Below are positions 1 to 8,049 of a DNA stretch of 64,000 nt, one piece after another (position 1 is the stretch's first letter; each line of letters starts with the position of its first letter). The stretch covers positions 14,775-78,774 of the forward strand of contig JAAOIK010000038.1 in the NCBI GenBank assembly GCA_015163855.1, given 5' to 3'. The translations under genes and the position numbers were made by a program. This DNA is from Pseudobdellovibrionaceae bacterium (GTDB lineage Bacteria; Bdellovibrionota; Bdellovibrionia; Bdellovibrionales; UBA1609). A model generated the notes under the pieces. It had not been told where the DNA came from. It made no database searches and was given only the letters and a program-made list of their open reading frames with translations.

Positions 1-158
1 ATTTAGAAACTGCTCAAAAAGAAGAGAAAGCAGAGGAAAAATCTGAAGAAAAATCTGAAGAAAAAGTAGAAGAAAAAGTAGAAGAAGAAACTGCAGAAAA
101 GTCAGAAGAAAAGTCAGAAGAAAAAGCAGAAGAGAAAGCAGAAAAAAAAGCAGAGTAA
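1..158 (+). CDS. 3' end of an upstream CDS (partial, probably nusA by synteny) ending in an (EEKx)n tail
   Basis: Only frame 3 is open from the window edge to TAA at 156-158. It translates LETAQKEEKAEEKSEEKSEEKVEEKVEEETAEKSEEKSEEKAEEKAEKKAE*. It lies directly upstream of infB, the position nusA holds in the conserved nusA-infB-rbfA-truB-rpsO-pnp cluster. The nusA identity is inference only. Confidence 0.5.
   Translation, partial: LETAQKEEKAEEKSEEKSEEKVEEKVEEETAEKSEEKSEEKAEEKAEKKAE
24..155 (+). repeat. 11 tandem in-frame copies of a 12-nt unit (GAAAAAGNAGAA-like) encoding E/K-rich tetrapeptides
   Basis: Read directly: gagaaagcagag, gaaaaatctgaa x2, gaaaaagtagaa x2, gaagaaactgca, gaaaagtcagaa x2, gaaaaagcagaa, gagaaagcagaa, aaaaaagcagag, then TAA. 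Several units occur as identical adjacent pairs. Confidence 0.9.
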
Positions 159-208
159 AGTAAATAGTCAGTAAAATTAGTATTTTAAAGTAGGAAAGGA
201 GCAAGGTT

Positions 209-2815
209 TTGAAAGTTTTTGAATTAGCTAAAGAATTAGGTATAGAAACCCTAAGCTTAATGGATGAAATTAAATCAGCAGGTTTTGTAGTAAAAAACCA
301 TATGGTAGTCTTAGATGACCAGTTAATTTCTGATATTAAATCTTGGTTAAGTAAAAAATCAGAGACAGCATCTGCTAAAAAAAAGAAAAAAGTAACTAAA
401 AAGAAAGCAGCTTCTAAAAAAGTAGTTACAAAAAAAACAACAAAGAAAGTCACAAAAAAAGTTACTAAAAAAAAGCTAACTAAACAATCGGTAAGTAGCA
501 GCATTGAAAAACCCACAGTAAAGAAAAAAACACAAATAAAAAAAACGAATAAGATTTCTGCAGAAAAAGATTTAAAAGAAAATAAAATTATTTTAAGAAG
601 AAAGTCAGAAGTGGTTATTAAACCACTAAATATAAATACAAAAGAAAGCACTTCTACAAGCATTATAGACAGTGATGTGAATAAAGAAAAATTCTCTGGG
701 GCAAAGGTTTTAGGAAAAATAGATATTGCCAAAAAATCTACTACAAAATCACCTACTACAAATCAACCATCTTCTTACTCTGCGCGCTCAAGAGGTTTGC
801 GGCCTGGGTTTTCGCCAGATAATTCTGTTCAATCTACGGTGCCTTCTGTAAATTCTTTTGATAAAAAAAGAGAAGTAAAAATAGTAAAAAAAGAAGTACC
901 AAAAACCACTACTGGTTTGGGTGAGGTGCCTAAGTTTAGTGTTTCTGATTTTAGAAAAAGAGAAGTGGTATTTCCACAGCGCCGTAAAAAAATTCTTTCT
1001 CATAAAGACTTTAAAAAAACACTTATTACAGAAAGTAAAAGTTCAAAGCGGGTAGTAGAAATGGGAGCAGAAATTAATATTTCTAATTTAGCTGCTCAGC
1101 TTAATATAAAACCAGGAAAGTTAATTAAAGTTTTAATTAAAAATGGTATTGCAGCAAATATTAATATGAGTATTGATTTTGATACAGTTAGTTTAATTGT
1201 TCCAGAATTTAATTTTTCTGTAAGAGCTCATGTAAAATCTAAAGAAGATGTGTTATCGACTATTCTTACTACCGACTCCGCAGAGTCTGCGGCAAGACCT
1301 CCTATTGTTACAGTAATGGGGCATGTGGATCATGGAAAAACATCTTTATTAGATATTATTAGAAGCACTAAAGTTACAGAAAAAGAGGCTGGAGGAATTA
1401 CTCAACATATTGGAGCCTACAAAGTAAAAACCTCTTCGGGGGCAGATATTACTTTTTTAGATACTCCTGGGCATGCGGCCTTTACAGCCATGCGAGCAAG
1501 AGGGGCTCAACTTACCGATATTGTTATTATTGTGGTAGCGGCAGACGATGGGGTTATGCCTCAAACTATTGAAGCTATTAATCATGCATTGGATGCTCAA
1601 GTTCCTATACTGGTTGCTATTAACAAAATAGATGCTCCAGGGGCTAATTTAGATAAAGTAAAAAAAGAATTATCAGAACATAATTTAGTATCTGAAGATT
1701 GGGGCGGAGAAAATATTTTTTGTGAAATATCGGCTTTAAAAAATATAGGAATTGATTCTTTATTAGATAGTTTAGCTTTAATGGCAGAAATGTTAGAGTT
1801 AAAAACTTTTCCTAAAAACTCTGGTCAGGGTGTGGTTATCGAAAACTTTTTATTAAAAGGTTTAGGTAATGTCGCTAATATTTTAGTAAAAGATGGTAGT
1901 GTTAAAGTGGGGGATTATTTAGTAGTAGATACCTTATGTGCTAAAGTTCGCCGCATATTAGATGATACAGGAAAAGTAATAAAAATAGCACAGGCTGGAG
2001 ACCCTATTCAAATTACAGGCTTTGATTCAGGAGTGGGTATTGGCGAAACTTTTTATGTTTGTAAGACAGAAAAAGAGGCAAAATCTTTAATTGAAGCCAT
2101 AGAAAATACAAAAACTAAAGAATTTAGCTCGTTGTATTCTTCTGATCCAGAAAGTGTTTTAGCTCAATTAGATAAAAATAAGATTACAGAATTAAAAGTA
2201 ATTTTAAAAGCAGATGTTGGAGGAAGTTTAGAAGCAATTAAAGCGGCTTTAGAAAAAATGAAAACCGACGAAGTGGCTATTAAAATTTTACATTCAGGGG
2301 TGGGAGATGTTACAGAAAGCGATGTATTATTAGGAAGCACTACAGATGGTGTAAATATTATTGGTTTTAATGTAAAGGCAAACAGTGCTGGACAAAAATT
2401 AGCAAAAGAAAAAAATATAGAAGTAAAAATTTACAGTATTATTTATGAACTTTTAGATGATTTAAAAGAAAAATTAAGTGGGTTGTTAACTCCTGATAAA
2501 GTAGAAAAAATTATAGGACAAGCCGAGGTACGAGAAGTCTTTAGTGTGTCTAAGGTGGGAGTAATTGCTGGGTGTATGGTCACCGATGGAAAAGCAAAAA
2601 GAAATAATAAGGTTAGATTAGTAAGAGAAGGAAAAACCCTTTATGAGGGCGAAATGTCTAGTTTAAAACGATTTAAAGATGATGCTAAAGAAGTGGCTCA
2701 AGGTTATGAGTGTGGTATTGGTCTTAAAGATTTTAATGACATTAAAAGTGGAGATACTATGGAGTTATTTACCATGGAAGAAATTAAAAGAAAATTAGTT
2801 TTAGAACAATTGTAA
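209..2815 (+). CDS. infB: Translation initiation factor IF-2
   Basis: 868-aa ORF with a TTG start at 209, preceded by AGGAAAGGAG (192-201). The N-terminus MKVFELAKELG is an IF2_N-type motif. It has a long K/S/T-rich linker and GTPase motifs GHVDHGKTS, DTPGH and NKID. It sits between the nusA-like tail and rbfA. Confidence 0.97.
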   Translation: MKVFELAKELGIETLSLMDEIKSAGFVVKNHMVVLDDQLISDIKSWLSKKSETASAKKKKKVTKKKAASKKVVTKKTTKKVTKKVTKKKLTKQSVSSSIEKPTVKKKTQIKKTNKISAEKDLKENKIILRRKSEVVIKPLNINTKESTSTSIIDSDVNKEKFSGAKVLGKIDIAKKSTTKSPTTNQPSSYSARSRGLRPGFSPDNSVQSTVPSVNSFDKKREVKIVKKEVPKTTTGLGEVPKFSVSDFRKREVVFPQRRKKILSHKDFKKTLITESKSSKRVVEMGAEINISNLAAQLNIKPGKLIKVLIKNGIAANINMSIDFDTVSLIVPEFNFSVRAHVKSKEDVLSTILTTDSAESAARPPIVTVMGHVDHGKTSLLDIIRSTKVTEKEAGGITQHIGAYKVKTSSGADITFLDTPGHAAFTAMRARGAQLTDIVIIVVAADDGVMPQTIEAINHALDAQVPILVAINKIDAPGANLDKVKKELSEHNLVSEDWGGENIFCEISALKNIGIDSLLDSLALMAEMLELKTFPKNSGQGVVIENFLLKGLGNVANILVKDGSVKVGDYLVVDTLCAKVRRILDDTGKVIKIAQAGDPIQITGFDSGVGIGETFYVCKTEKEAKSLIEAIENTKTKEFSSLYSSDPESVLAQLDKNKITELKVILKADVGGSLEAIKAALEKMKTDEVAIKILHSGVGDVTESDVLLGSTTDGVNIIGFNVKANSAGQKLAKEKNIEVKIYSIIYELLDDLKEKLSGLLTPDKVEKIIGQAEVREVFSVSKVGVIAGCMVTDGKAKRNNKVRLVREGKTLYEGEMSSLKRFKDDAKEVAQGYECGIGLKDFNDIKSGDTMELFTMEEIKRKLVLEQL

Positions 2816-2829
2816 TTGGTGATTTTATA

Positions 2830-3180
2830 ATGGGTGAACATCGTATTCAAAAAGTAAACAAAGAAGTTAAGCAATTAATTTCTAGTTATATTTCTCAAAA
2901 TCTAGCTAGTCAATTTTCTGTAATTATATCTATAAATGTTGTTATAGTTTCTAGAGATTTAAGAACTGCTAAAATCTTTGTTTCTTTTTTAAATAAAGAT
3001 TTAAATTTAAAACCTAAAGAAGAAAATCAACATATAGAAATTCTTCAAAAACATGCTGCCGAAATACAATTTTATATTAGCAAGCGTCTTAGGATGAAAT
3101 TTAATCCTAAATTAACATTTTTTTTAGATGATAGTGTTCAACAGCAAATGTCTGTTCAAAATTTATTAGATTCTTTGTAA
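2830..3180 (+). CDS. rbfA: Ribosome-binding factor A
   Basis: 116-aa ORF of RbfA size and pattern (KVNKEVKQLIS..., KIFVS). It holds the conserved position between infB and truB. Confidence 0.85.
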   Translation: MGEHRIQKVNKEVKQLISSYISQNLASQFSVIISINVVIVSRDLRTAKIFVSFLNKDLNLKPKEENQHIEILQKHAAEIQFYISKRLRMKFNPKLTFFLDDSVQQQMSVQNLLDSL

Positions 3181-3185
3181 ATTTT

Positions 3186-4136
3186 ATGTCTATTTCCAAA
3201 TATTCTGGTCTTTTATTAATAGATAAGCCTGTAGATTTAACCAGTCATGATGTGGTTTATAAAATACGAAAAAAGTATAAAGTTAAAGTAGGGCATTGTG
3301 GCACTTTAGACCCTTTTGCTTCTGGATTATTGGTTTTAGTATTAGGAGAAGCTACAAAAATTGCTTCTTATATTAGTTCAAACAATAAATACTATAACTG
3401 TGAAATCTTATTAGGACAAACTTCAGATACTTTAGATATTACAGGGGAGTGTAAAACCACTGCTTTGCAAAAAGAGTTATTATTTTCCGAAATGGATATA
3501 AAAAAAGCTATTAAAAAATTAACAGGAAAAATCTCTTTAGAAGTTCCGATGTATTCTGCAGTAAAAGTAAAAGGAAAAAAATTGTATGAATATGCAAGGG
3601 AAAATAAAAATTTAGAAAAAATTCCCATTAGAGAAATGAATTTTTTAGATGTGCAGTTTCTTTCTTATAAAGACAATATATTAAAAATCACTATGAAAGT
3701 GAGTTCTGGAACTTATGTTAGGGCGTGGGCTAAAGCTTTAGGAGAATATTTAAAAGTGGGAGGTTTAGTTAAAAGTTTACGACGCGTCACTTCTTCTCCG
3801 TACAATTTAAATCAAGCCATGGATTTGCCAACAGCTTTACATTTAAATCTATCTGAAAACAATAATGAAGACAGTTGGAACAAAGCCTTTATTCCCATAA
3901 ATAAAACTTTATTAGAAATGGATAAAATTTTTTTCTCTAGCAAAGAAGCCCATTTATTAAAAAATGGCCAAATTCCTCATAGCGTGGAAAATGCCTTAGT
4001 GGTGGCTCAAAGGCAGGCCCAGAAATTAAAAGAAAGCCACCTGTATGTGTGTTTAAATAAAGACGAAGAGCTACTAGGTATTTTAGAAATAGCCATATCT
4101 GGTAAGCTGTCTATTAAGCGGATAATGGCTAATTAG
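3186..4136 (+). CDS. truB: tRNA pseudouridine-55 synthase
   Basis: 316 aa. It carries LLIDKP..TSHDVV and the catalytic-Asp motif GHCGTLDPFASGLLVL. It holds the conserved position after rbfA. Confidence 0.9.
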   Translation: MSISKYSGLLLIDKPVDLTSHDVVYKIRKKYKVKVGHCGTLDPFASGLLVLVLGEATKIASYISSNNKYYNCEILLGQTSDTLDITGECKTTALQKELLFSEMDIKKAIKKLTGKISLEVPMYSAVKVKGKKLYEYARENKNLEKIPIREMNFLDVQFLSYKDNILKITMKVSSGTYVRAWAKALGEYLKVGGLVKSLRRVTSSPYNLNQAMDLPTALHLNLSENNNEDSWNKAFIPINKTLLEMDKIFFSSKEAHLLKNGQIPHSVENALVVAQRQAQKLKESHLYVCLNKDEELLGILEIAISGKLSIKRIMAN

Positions 4137-4174
4137 TCTTTTTTTACCTCCTAGGGGCTAAAAAATAGTTTTCC

Positions 4175-4203
4175 TTGACGAAATACCCCTTGTTCAGTAA
4201 CAC
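4175..4203 (+). promoter_or_regulatory. Candidate sigma70-type promoter for rpsO
   Basis: TTGACG (4175-4180), 17-nt spacer, TAACAC (4198-4203). The -10 element is weak. It is followed by RBS AGGAGA (4251-4256) and the rpsO ATG at 4261. Confidence 0.25.
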
Positions 4204-4260
4204 TTTTTAAGTATTTTCAATAAGTTAAACAGAAAAAAAGACCATTATTTAGGAGACCGA

Positions 4261-4530
4261 ATGCCGCTACAGAAAGAGATAAAAAAGAATATTATAAAGG
4301 AATTTAAAACTTCCACTTTAGATACAGGAAGTGAAAAAGTACAAGTGGCTTTATTAACTGGTCGAATTAAAATGTTAACAGAACATTTCAAAATACATAA
4401 AAAAGATAATCATGGTCAGAAGGGTTTAAAAACACTTATTAACCGTCGTAGTAAATTATTAAAATATATAAAATCTAAAAGCATCGAAAATTATACTAAC
4501 CTAATTAAATCTTTAGGTTTAAGACGATAA
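4261..4530 (+). CDS. rpsO: 30S ribosomal protein S15
   Basis: 89 aa with S15-like sequence (GSEKVQVALLTGRIKMLTEHFKIHKKDNH..GL..L...R.KLL.Y). It lies directly upstream of pnp. Confidence 0.95.
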   Translation: MPLQKEIKKNIIKEFKTSTLDTGSEKVQVALLTGRIKMLTEHFKIHKKDNHGQKGLKTLINRRSKLLKYIKSKSIENYTNLIKSLGLRR

Positions 4531-4586
4531 TAGTTCTTTACTGTAAAAGTATTCAATAAAAAAATAAAAAATAAAGGTAGTTATTT

Positions 4587-6674
4587 ATGAAATCAGTGAG
4601 TTTTAATTTACAAGGTAAAGAGGTTATTTTAGAAACTGGCCGTTTGGCAAAACAATCCGACGGTGCTGTTTTAGTAAAGTGTGGAGATAGCCGAGTTTTA
4701 GTTACAGTAGTTTCTGATAAATCAGCATCTACAATGGATTTTTTTCCACTAACTGTTGAAGTACAAGAAAGATTTTACTCTGTAGGTAGAATTCCTGGTG
4801 GTTTTTTTAAACGAGAGGGGCGCCCCAGCGGTGACACTATTTTAAATTGTCGCTTAATTGATAGACCATTAAGACCATGTTTTCCTGATGGATATAAAAA
4901 TCCTACACAAATTGTTTCTACGGTTTTAAGTAGTGATAATGAAACCTCCCTTACCAGTCTTGCTATTATCGGCGCATCTGCAGCTTTAAGTGTTAGTGAT
5001 ATTCCATTTAGTGGACCTGTGGCTGCAGTACAAATTGCTAGAATAGATAAAGAGTGGAAGTTAAACCCAAGCTCTAGCGCTTTAAAGAAAGCCGATTTAA
5101 GCTTGTTTGTGGCTGCTCGTAAAGAAGGTATTTTAATGGTTGAGGGTGAGGCTGACTTTGTTTCTGAGGCCGAAGTTTTAGAAGGTTTAAAATTTGCGTA
5201 TAAAGAAATGGAAGTCATTTTTAAGGCGCAAGAAGATTTAACCACCCAAGCTAGCAAAGGGAAGAAGCGTAGCTTTACTGTAGAGGAAAAAAATGAAGAG
5301 TTTGCAAAAAAAGTAAAAGAGGTAGTAACTCCATTAATTAAAAAGGCCTTATCTTGTAAAGACAAAATGCAAAGGTATGCAAAATATGCAGAATTTAAGT
5401 CACAAGCCAAAACACAATTACTAGAAAATATTTCTGAAGATAAAGAAAAATTAGAAAAACAATTTTCTTCTGTATTTGAAGAAGTAAAATACACTATAGC
5501 TCGTAATATGATTTTAGAAGATGGCCAGCGTATAGATGGTCGTAATATGGTTACCGTTAGGCCTATTGATTGTATCGTGGGTGAATTACCTCGTGCTCAT
5601 GGTTCTAGTGTATTTACCAGAGGCGAAACTCAAGTCTTAGCTGCTGTAACTTTAGGAACTCAAGATGACGAGCAACGATTAGAAAAGCTAGAAGGGCCCG
5701 CAACAAAGAAATTTATGCTGCATTATAATTTCCCTCCTTTTTGCGTTGGAGAAACGGGAAGATTGGGTGGACAAAGTCGTCGTGAAGTAGGGCATGGCAT
5801 GCTGGCAGAACGCGCTTTACAAGCTATTATTCCAAAAGGAGATAATTTTCCTTACACCGTTCGCTTAGTTAGTGAAGTTTTAGAATCCAATGGCTCAAGC
5901 TCTATGGGAACAGTGTGCTCGGGCTCCTTGGCTTTAATGGACGCAGGGGTGCCTGTACATACTCCTATTGCAGGTATTGCTATGGGGTTAATTTCTGAAG
6001 GCGATAAAAATATTATTTTAACAGATATTTTAGGTGATGAAGATCATTTGGGTGATATGGACTTTAAAGTGGCAGGAAGTGCAACAGGTATTACGGCATT
6101 ACAAATGGATATAAAAGTAGAAAGTTTAAGTTTTGCTATTTTAGAAAAAGCTTTAGCTCAGGCTAAAGATGGGCGTCTTCATATTTTAAAAGAAATGGAA
6201 AAGGCTTTGTCAGAACCTCGTAAAGAGTTTTCTATTCATGCTCCTAAACAAAAAAGTTTAAGAATTCCTGTTAAAAAAGTAAGAGATGTTATTGGTTCTG
6301 GTGGTAAGGTAATTCGCGGTATCATTGAAGCCACAGGAGCAAAAGTAGATATTGAAGACGATGGTTTGGTTACAGTGTTTGCTGTAGATAAAAACTCTTT
6401 AGATGCAGCCATAGAAATGATTGAATCTATTATAGCAGAGGTAGAAGTGGGTAAAACTTATCCTGGAAAAGTGTTAAAAATTACAGACTTTGGAGCTTTT
6501 GTTGAAGTTTTACCTAATACTAGCGGGCTTTTACATATTTCTGAGTTAGCTCATGAAAGAGTAAAAAAAGTAGAAGATATTTTGTCTGAAGGGGAAACTT
6601 TAGATGTAAAAGTCTTAGATGTAGATCATTCTGGAAGAATTAAATTAAGTCGCAAGGCTTTGTTAAATTCTTAA
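4587..6674 (+). CDS. pnp: Polyribonucleotide nucleotidyltransferase (PNPase)
   Basis: 695 aa. It has two RNase PH-like halves, a KH region (VIGSGGKVIRGI) and a C-terminal S1 domain (GKVLKITDFGAFVEVLPN..GLLHISEL). Confidence 0.97.
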   Translation: MKSVSFNLQGKEVILETGRLAKQSDGAVLVKCGDSRVLVTVVSDKSASTMDFFPLTVEVQERFYSVGRIPGGFFKREGRPSGDTILNCRLIDRPLRPCFPDGYKNPTQIVSTVLSSDNETSLTSLAIIGASAALSVSDIPFSGPVAAVQIARIDKEWKLNPSSSALKKADLSLFVAARKEGILMVEGEADFVSEAEVLEGLKFAYKEMEVIFKAQEDLTTQASKGKKRSFTVEEKNEEFAKKVKEVVTPLIKKALSCKDKMQRYAKYAEFKSQAKTQLLENISEDKEKLEKQFSSVFEEVKYTIARNMILEDGQRIDGRNMVTVRPIDCIVGELPRAHGSSVFTRGETQVLAAVTLGTQDDEQRLEKLEGPATKKFMLHYNFPPFCVGETGRLGGQSRREVGHGMLAERALQAIIPKGDNFPYTVRLVSEVLESNGSSSMGTVCSGSLALMDAGVPVHTPIAGIAMGLISEGDKNIILTDILGDEDHLGDMDFKVAGSATGITALQMDIKVESLSFAILEKALAQAKDGRLHILKEMEKALSEPRKEFSIHAPKQKSLRIPVKKVRDVIGSGGKVIRGIIEATGAKVDIEDDGLVTVFAVDKNSLDAAIEMIESIIAEVEVGKTYPGKVLKITDFGAFVEVLPNTSGLLHISELAHERVKKVEDILSEGETLDVKVLDVDHSGRIKLSRKALLNS

Positions 6675-6726
6675 GTAGAAAAAATATAATAATAGATTTT
6701 TAAAAAATAGCATTTAGAGGTTAAAA

Positions 6727-7191
6727 ATGAACTCTCACCCTTTAGTAAATGTAAAAGTGAAAACTTTAGAGCATTTTAAAGGAGAACTTCCCATTTATCA
6801 TAGTTTATTAGCTAGTGGATTAGATGTTAGAGCGCAAATAAGCCAAGCATTGCTTGTTGCACCCTTAGATAGAGTTTTAGTTTCTACGGCTTTGTGTTTT
6901 GAAATTCCTTCTGCTTATGAAATTCAAGTTCGTTCTCGTAGTGGTTGGGCTTATAAAAAAGGCATTAGTGTTTTAAATAGTCCAGGAACTATTGATGCAG
7001 ACTACAGAGGAGAATTAAAAATTATTTTAGTTAACTTATCTAATCAAGAGGTAAGTATTTCTCCTCAAGACAGAATTGCTCAGTTAATTTTAGCACCAGT
7101 GGTACAAATTAATTGGAAAATGGATACAAATCTTTCTGCGACACAAAGAGGAGAGAAAGGTTTTGGAAGTACTGGCTTATCTCATGACTAA
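6727..7191 (+). CDS. dut: dUTP diphosphatase
   Basis: 154 aa with dUTPase motifs: SGLDV, RSRSGWAYKKGI, GTIDADYRGEL and C-terminal RGEKGFGSTG. Confidence 0.9.
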   Translation: MNSHPLVNVKVKTLEHFKGELPIYHSLLASGLDVRAQISQALLVAPLDRVLVSTALCFEIPSAYEIQVRSRSGWAYKKGISVLNSPGTIDADYRGELKIILVNLSNQEVSISPQDRIAQLILAPVVQINWKMDTNLSATQRGEKGFGSTGLSHD

Positions 7192-8044
7192 AAGTATTTT
7201 TATAGTTATTTCTTTGTTTTCCATAGTGGTAACTGCTGCTCCAGCTAAAATTATTACAGAAACCGCTTTATATGAAAGCAATGATTTTGATGCAGATATT
7301 ATTACTTATTTGCCTGCTAATAAAAATATTCAAGCTTCTAAAAGAATTTATAAAGGAAAGAGTTTTGGTAGTTTTCGAAAAGTAAAAATAAAAAAATCTA
7401 CATACGGTTTTGTTTCTGATGTGGATATTAAATTATTAACAGAGTTAAAGCGTAGGAAAAAAAAATTAAAAAAAACATTAACACGATTTAAAAAAGAACA
7501 ATTAGAAAGTAGGTATGTGTATATAAATAATTATATAGGCTTAGGTTTTTCTTTTAGTAGATTTACAGAAAAAAATATCGTTGATGAACAAAATAGAAAT
7601 TCTCCTTTAACAGCTATTAACTTTCAGCTAATAGGGCCAGGAAGCCTAATCCCTAAACTACCTTTAAATTTTAATTTTTCTTATGCAAAATTGCCTTCTT
7701 ATTATAAAGATCTTAATACTGATCAAACTAAATCTTTATCAGGTTATACTATGTTTGGAGACATTAGTTACCCCATTGCTCTTTCTGATTTAGATAATGT
7801 ACTAATTTATTGGAGTATAGGTGCATCGTTTAGATTGGTGAAGGCTACTGTTTATAAACAAGAAATTTCTGGAAAATCCTTTCATAGTGTAAAAATGAAC
7901 CATTTTTACTGGGGGAGCCTGTTAAGTGTTGGTGCTTTATGGGAGGTTTCTAAAAATTTGGCGGCTAAAATAGATGCCCGTTACCATTATAATGGTGGAG
8001 TTTTTTTTGAAGAGATGCAAACCACTTTATTATTTAAATACTAA
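7184..8044 (+). CDS. Hypothetical outer-membrane protein (signal peptide, SH3b-like segment, basic linker, small beta-barrel-like C-terminal half)
   Basis: The ATG at 7184 overlaps the dut stop (ATGACTAA). Signal-like N-terminus MTKSIFIVISLFSIVVTAAPA. The C-terminus alternates hydrophobic residues and ends ...TTLLFKY, an aromatic terminal residue typical of OMPs. The track's TTG at 7163 is less likely. The domain calls are inference from motif recall. Confidence 0.4.
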   Translation: MTKSIFIVISLFSIVVTAAPAKIITETALYESNDFDADIITYLPANKNIQASKRIYKGKSFGSFRKVKIKKSTYGFVSDVDIKLLTELKRRKKKLKKTLTRFKKEQLESRYVYINNYIGLGFSFSRFTEKNIVDEQNRNSPLTAINFQLIGPGSLIPKLPLNFNFSYAKLPSYYKDLNTDQTKSLSGYTMFGDISYPIALSDLDNVLIYWSIGASFRLVKATVYKQEISGKSFHSVKMNHFYWGSLLSVGALWEVSKNLAAKIDARYHYNGGVFFEEMQTTLLFKY

Positions 8045-8049
8045 GCGCT

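Noticed and set aside
4531-4586. The rpsO-pnp spacer, where E. coli has an RNase III-processed hairpin and attenuator.
   Set aside because: The 56-nt spacer is nearly all A/T. It offers only a marginal 5-6-bp pairing (CTTTAC..GTAAA), which is insufficient to call a structure.
4775-5494. A 239-aa ORF antisense to pnp. It is strikingly long for a stop-codon-rich, AT-rich genome.
   Set aside because: It lies entirely inside the well-supported PNPase CDS. It has a Ser/Leu/Phe-rich, low-information composition and no recognisable motif or RBS. This is the typical shadow ORF produced by the codon periodicity of a highly expressed gene on the opposite strand.
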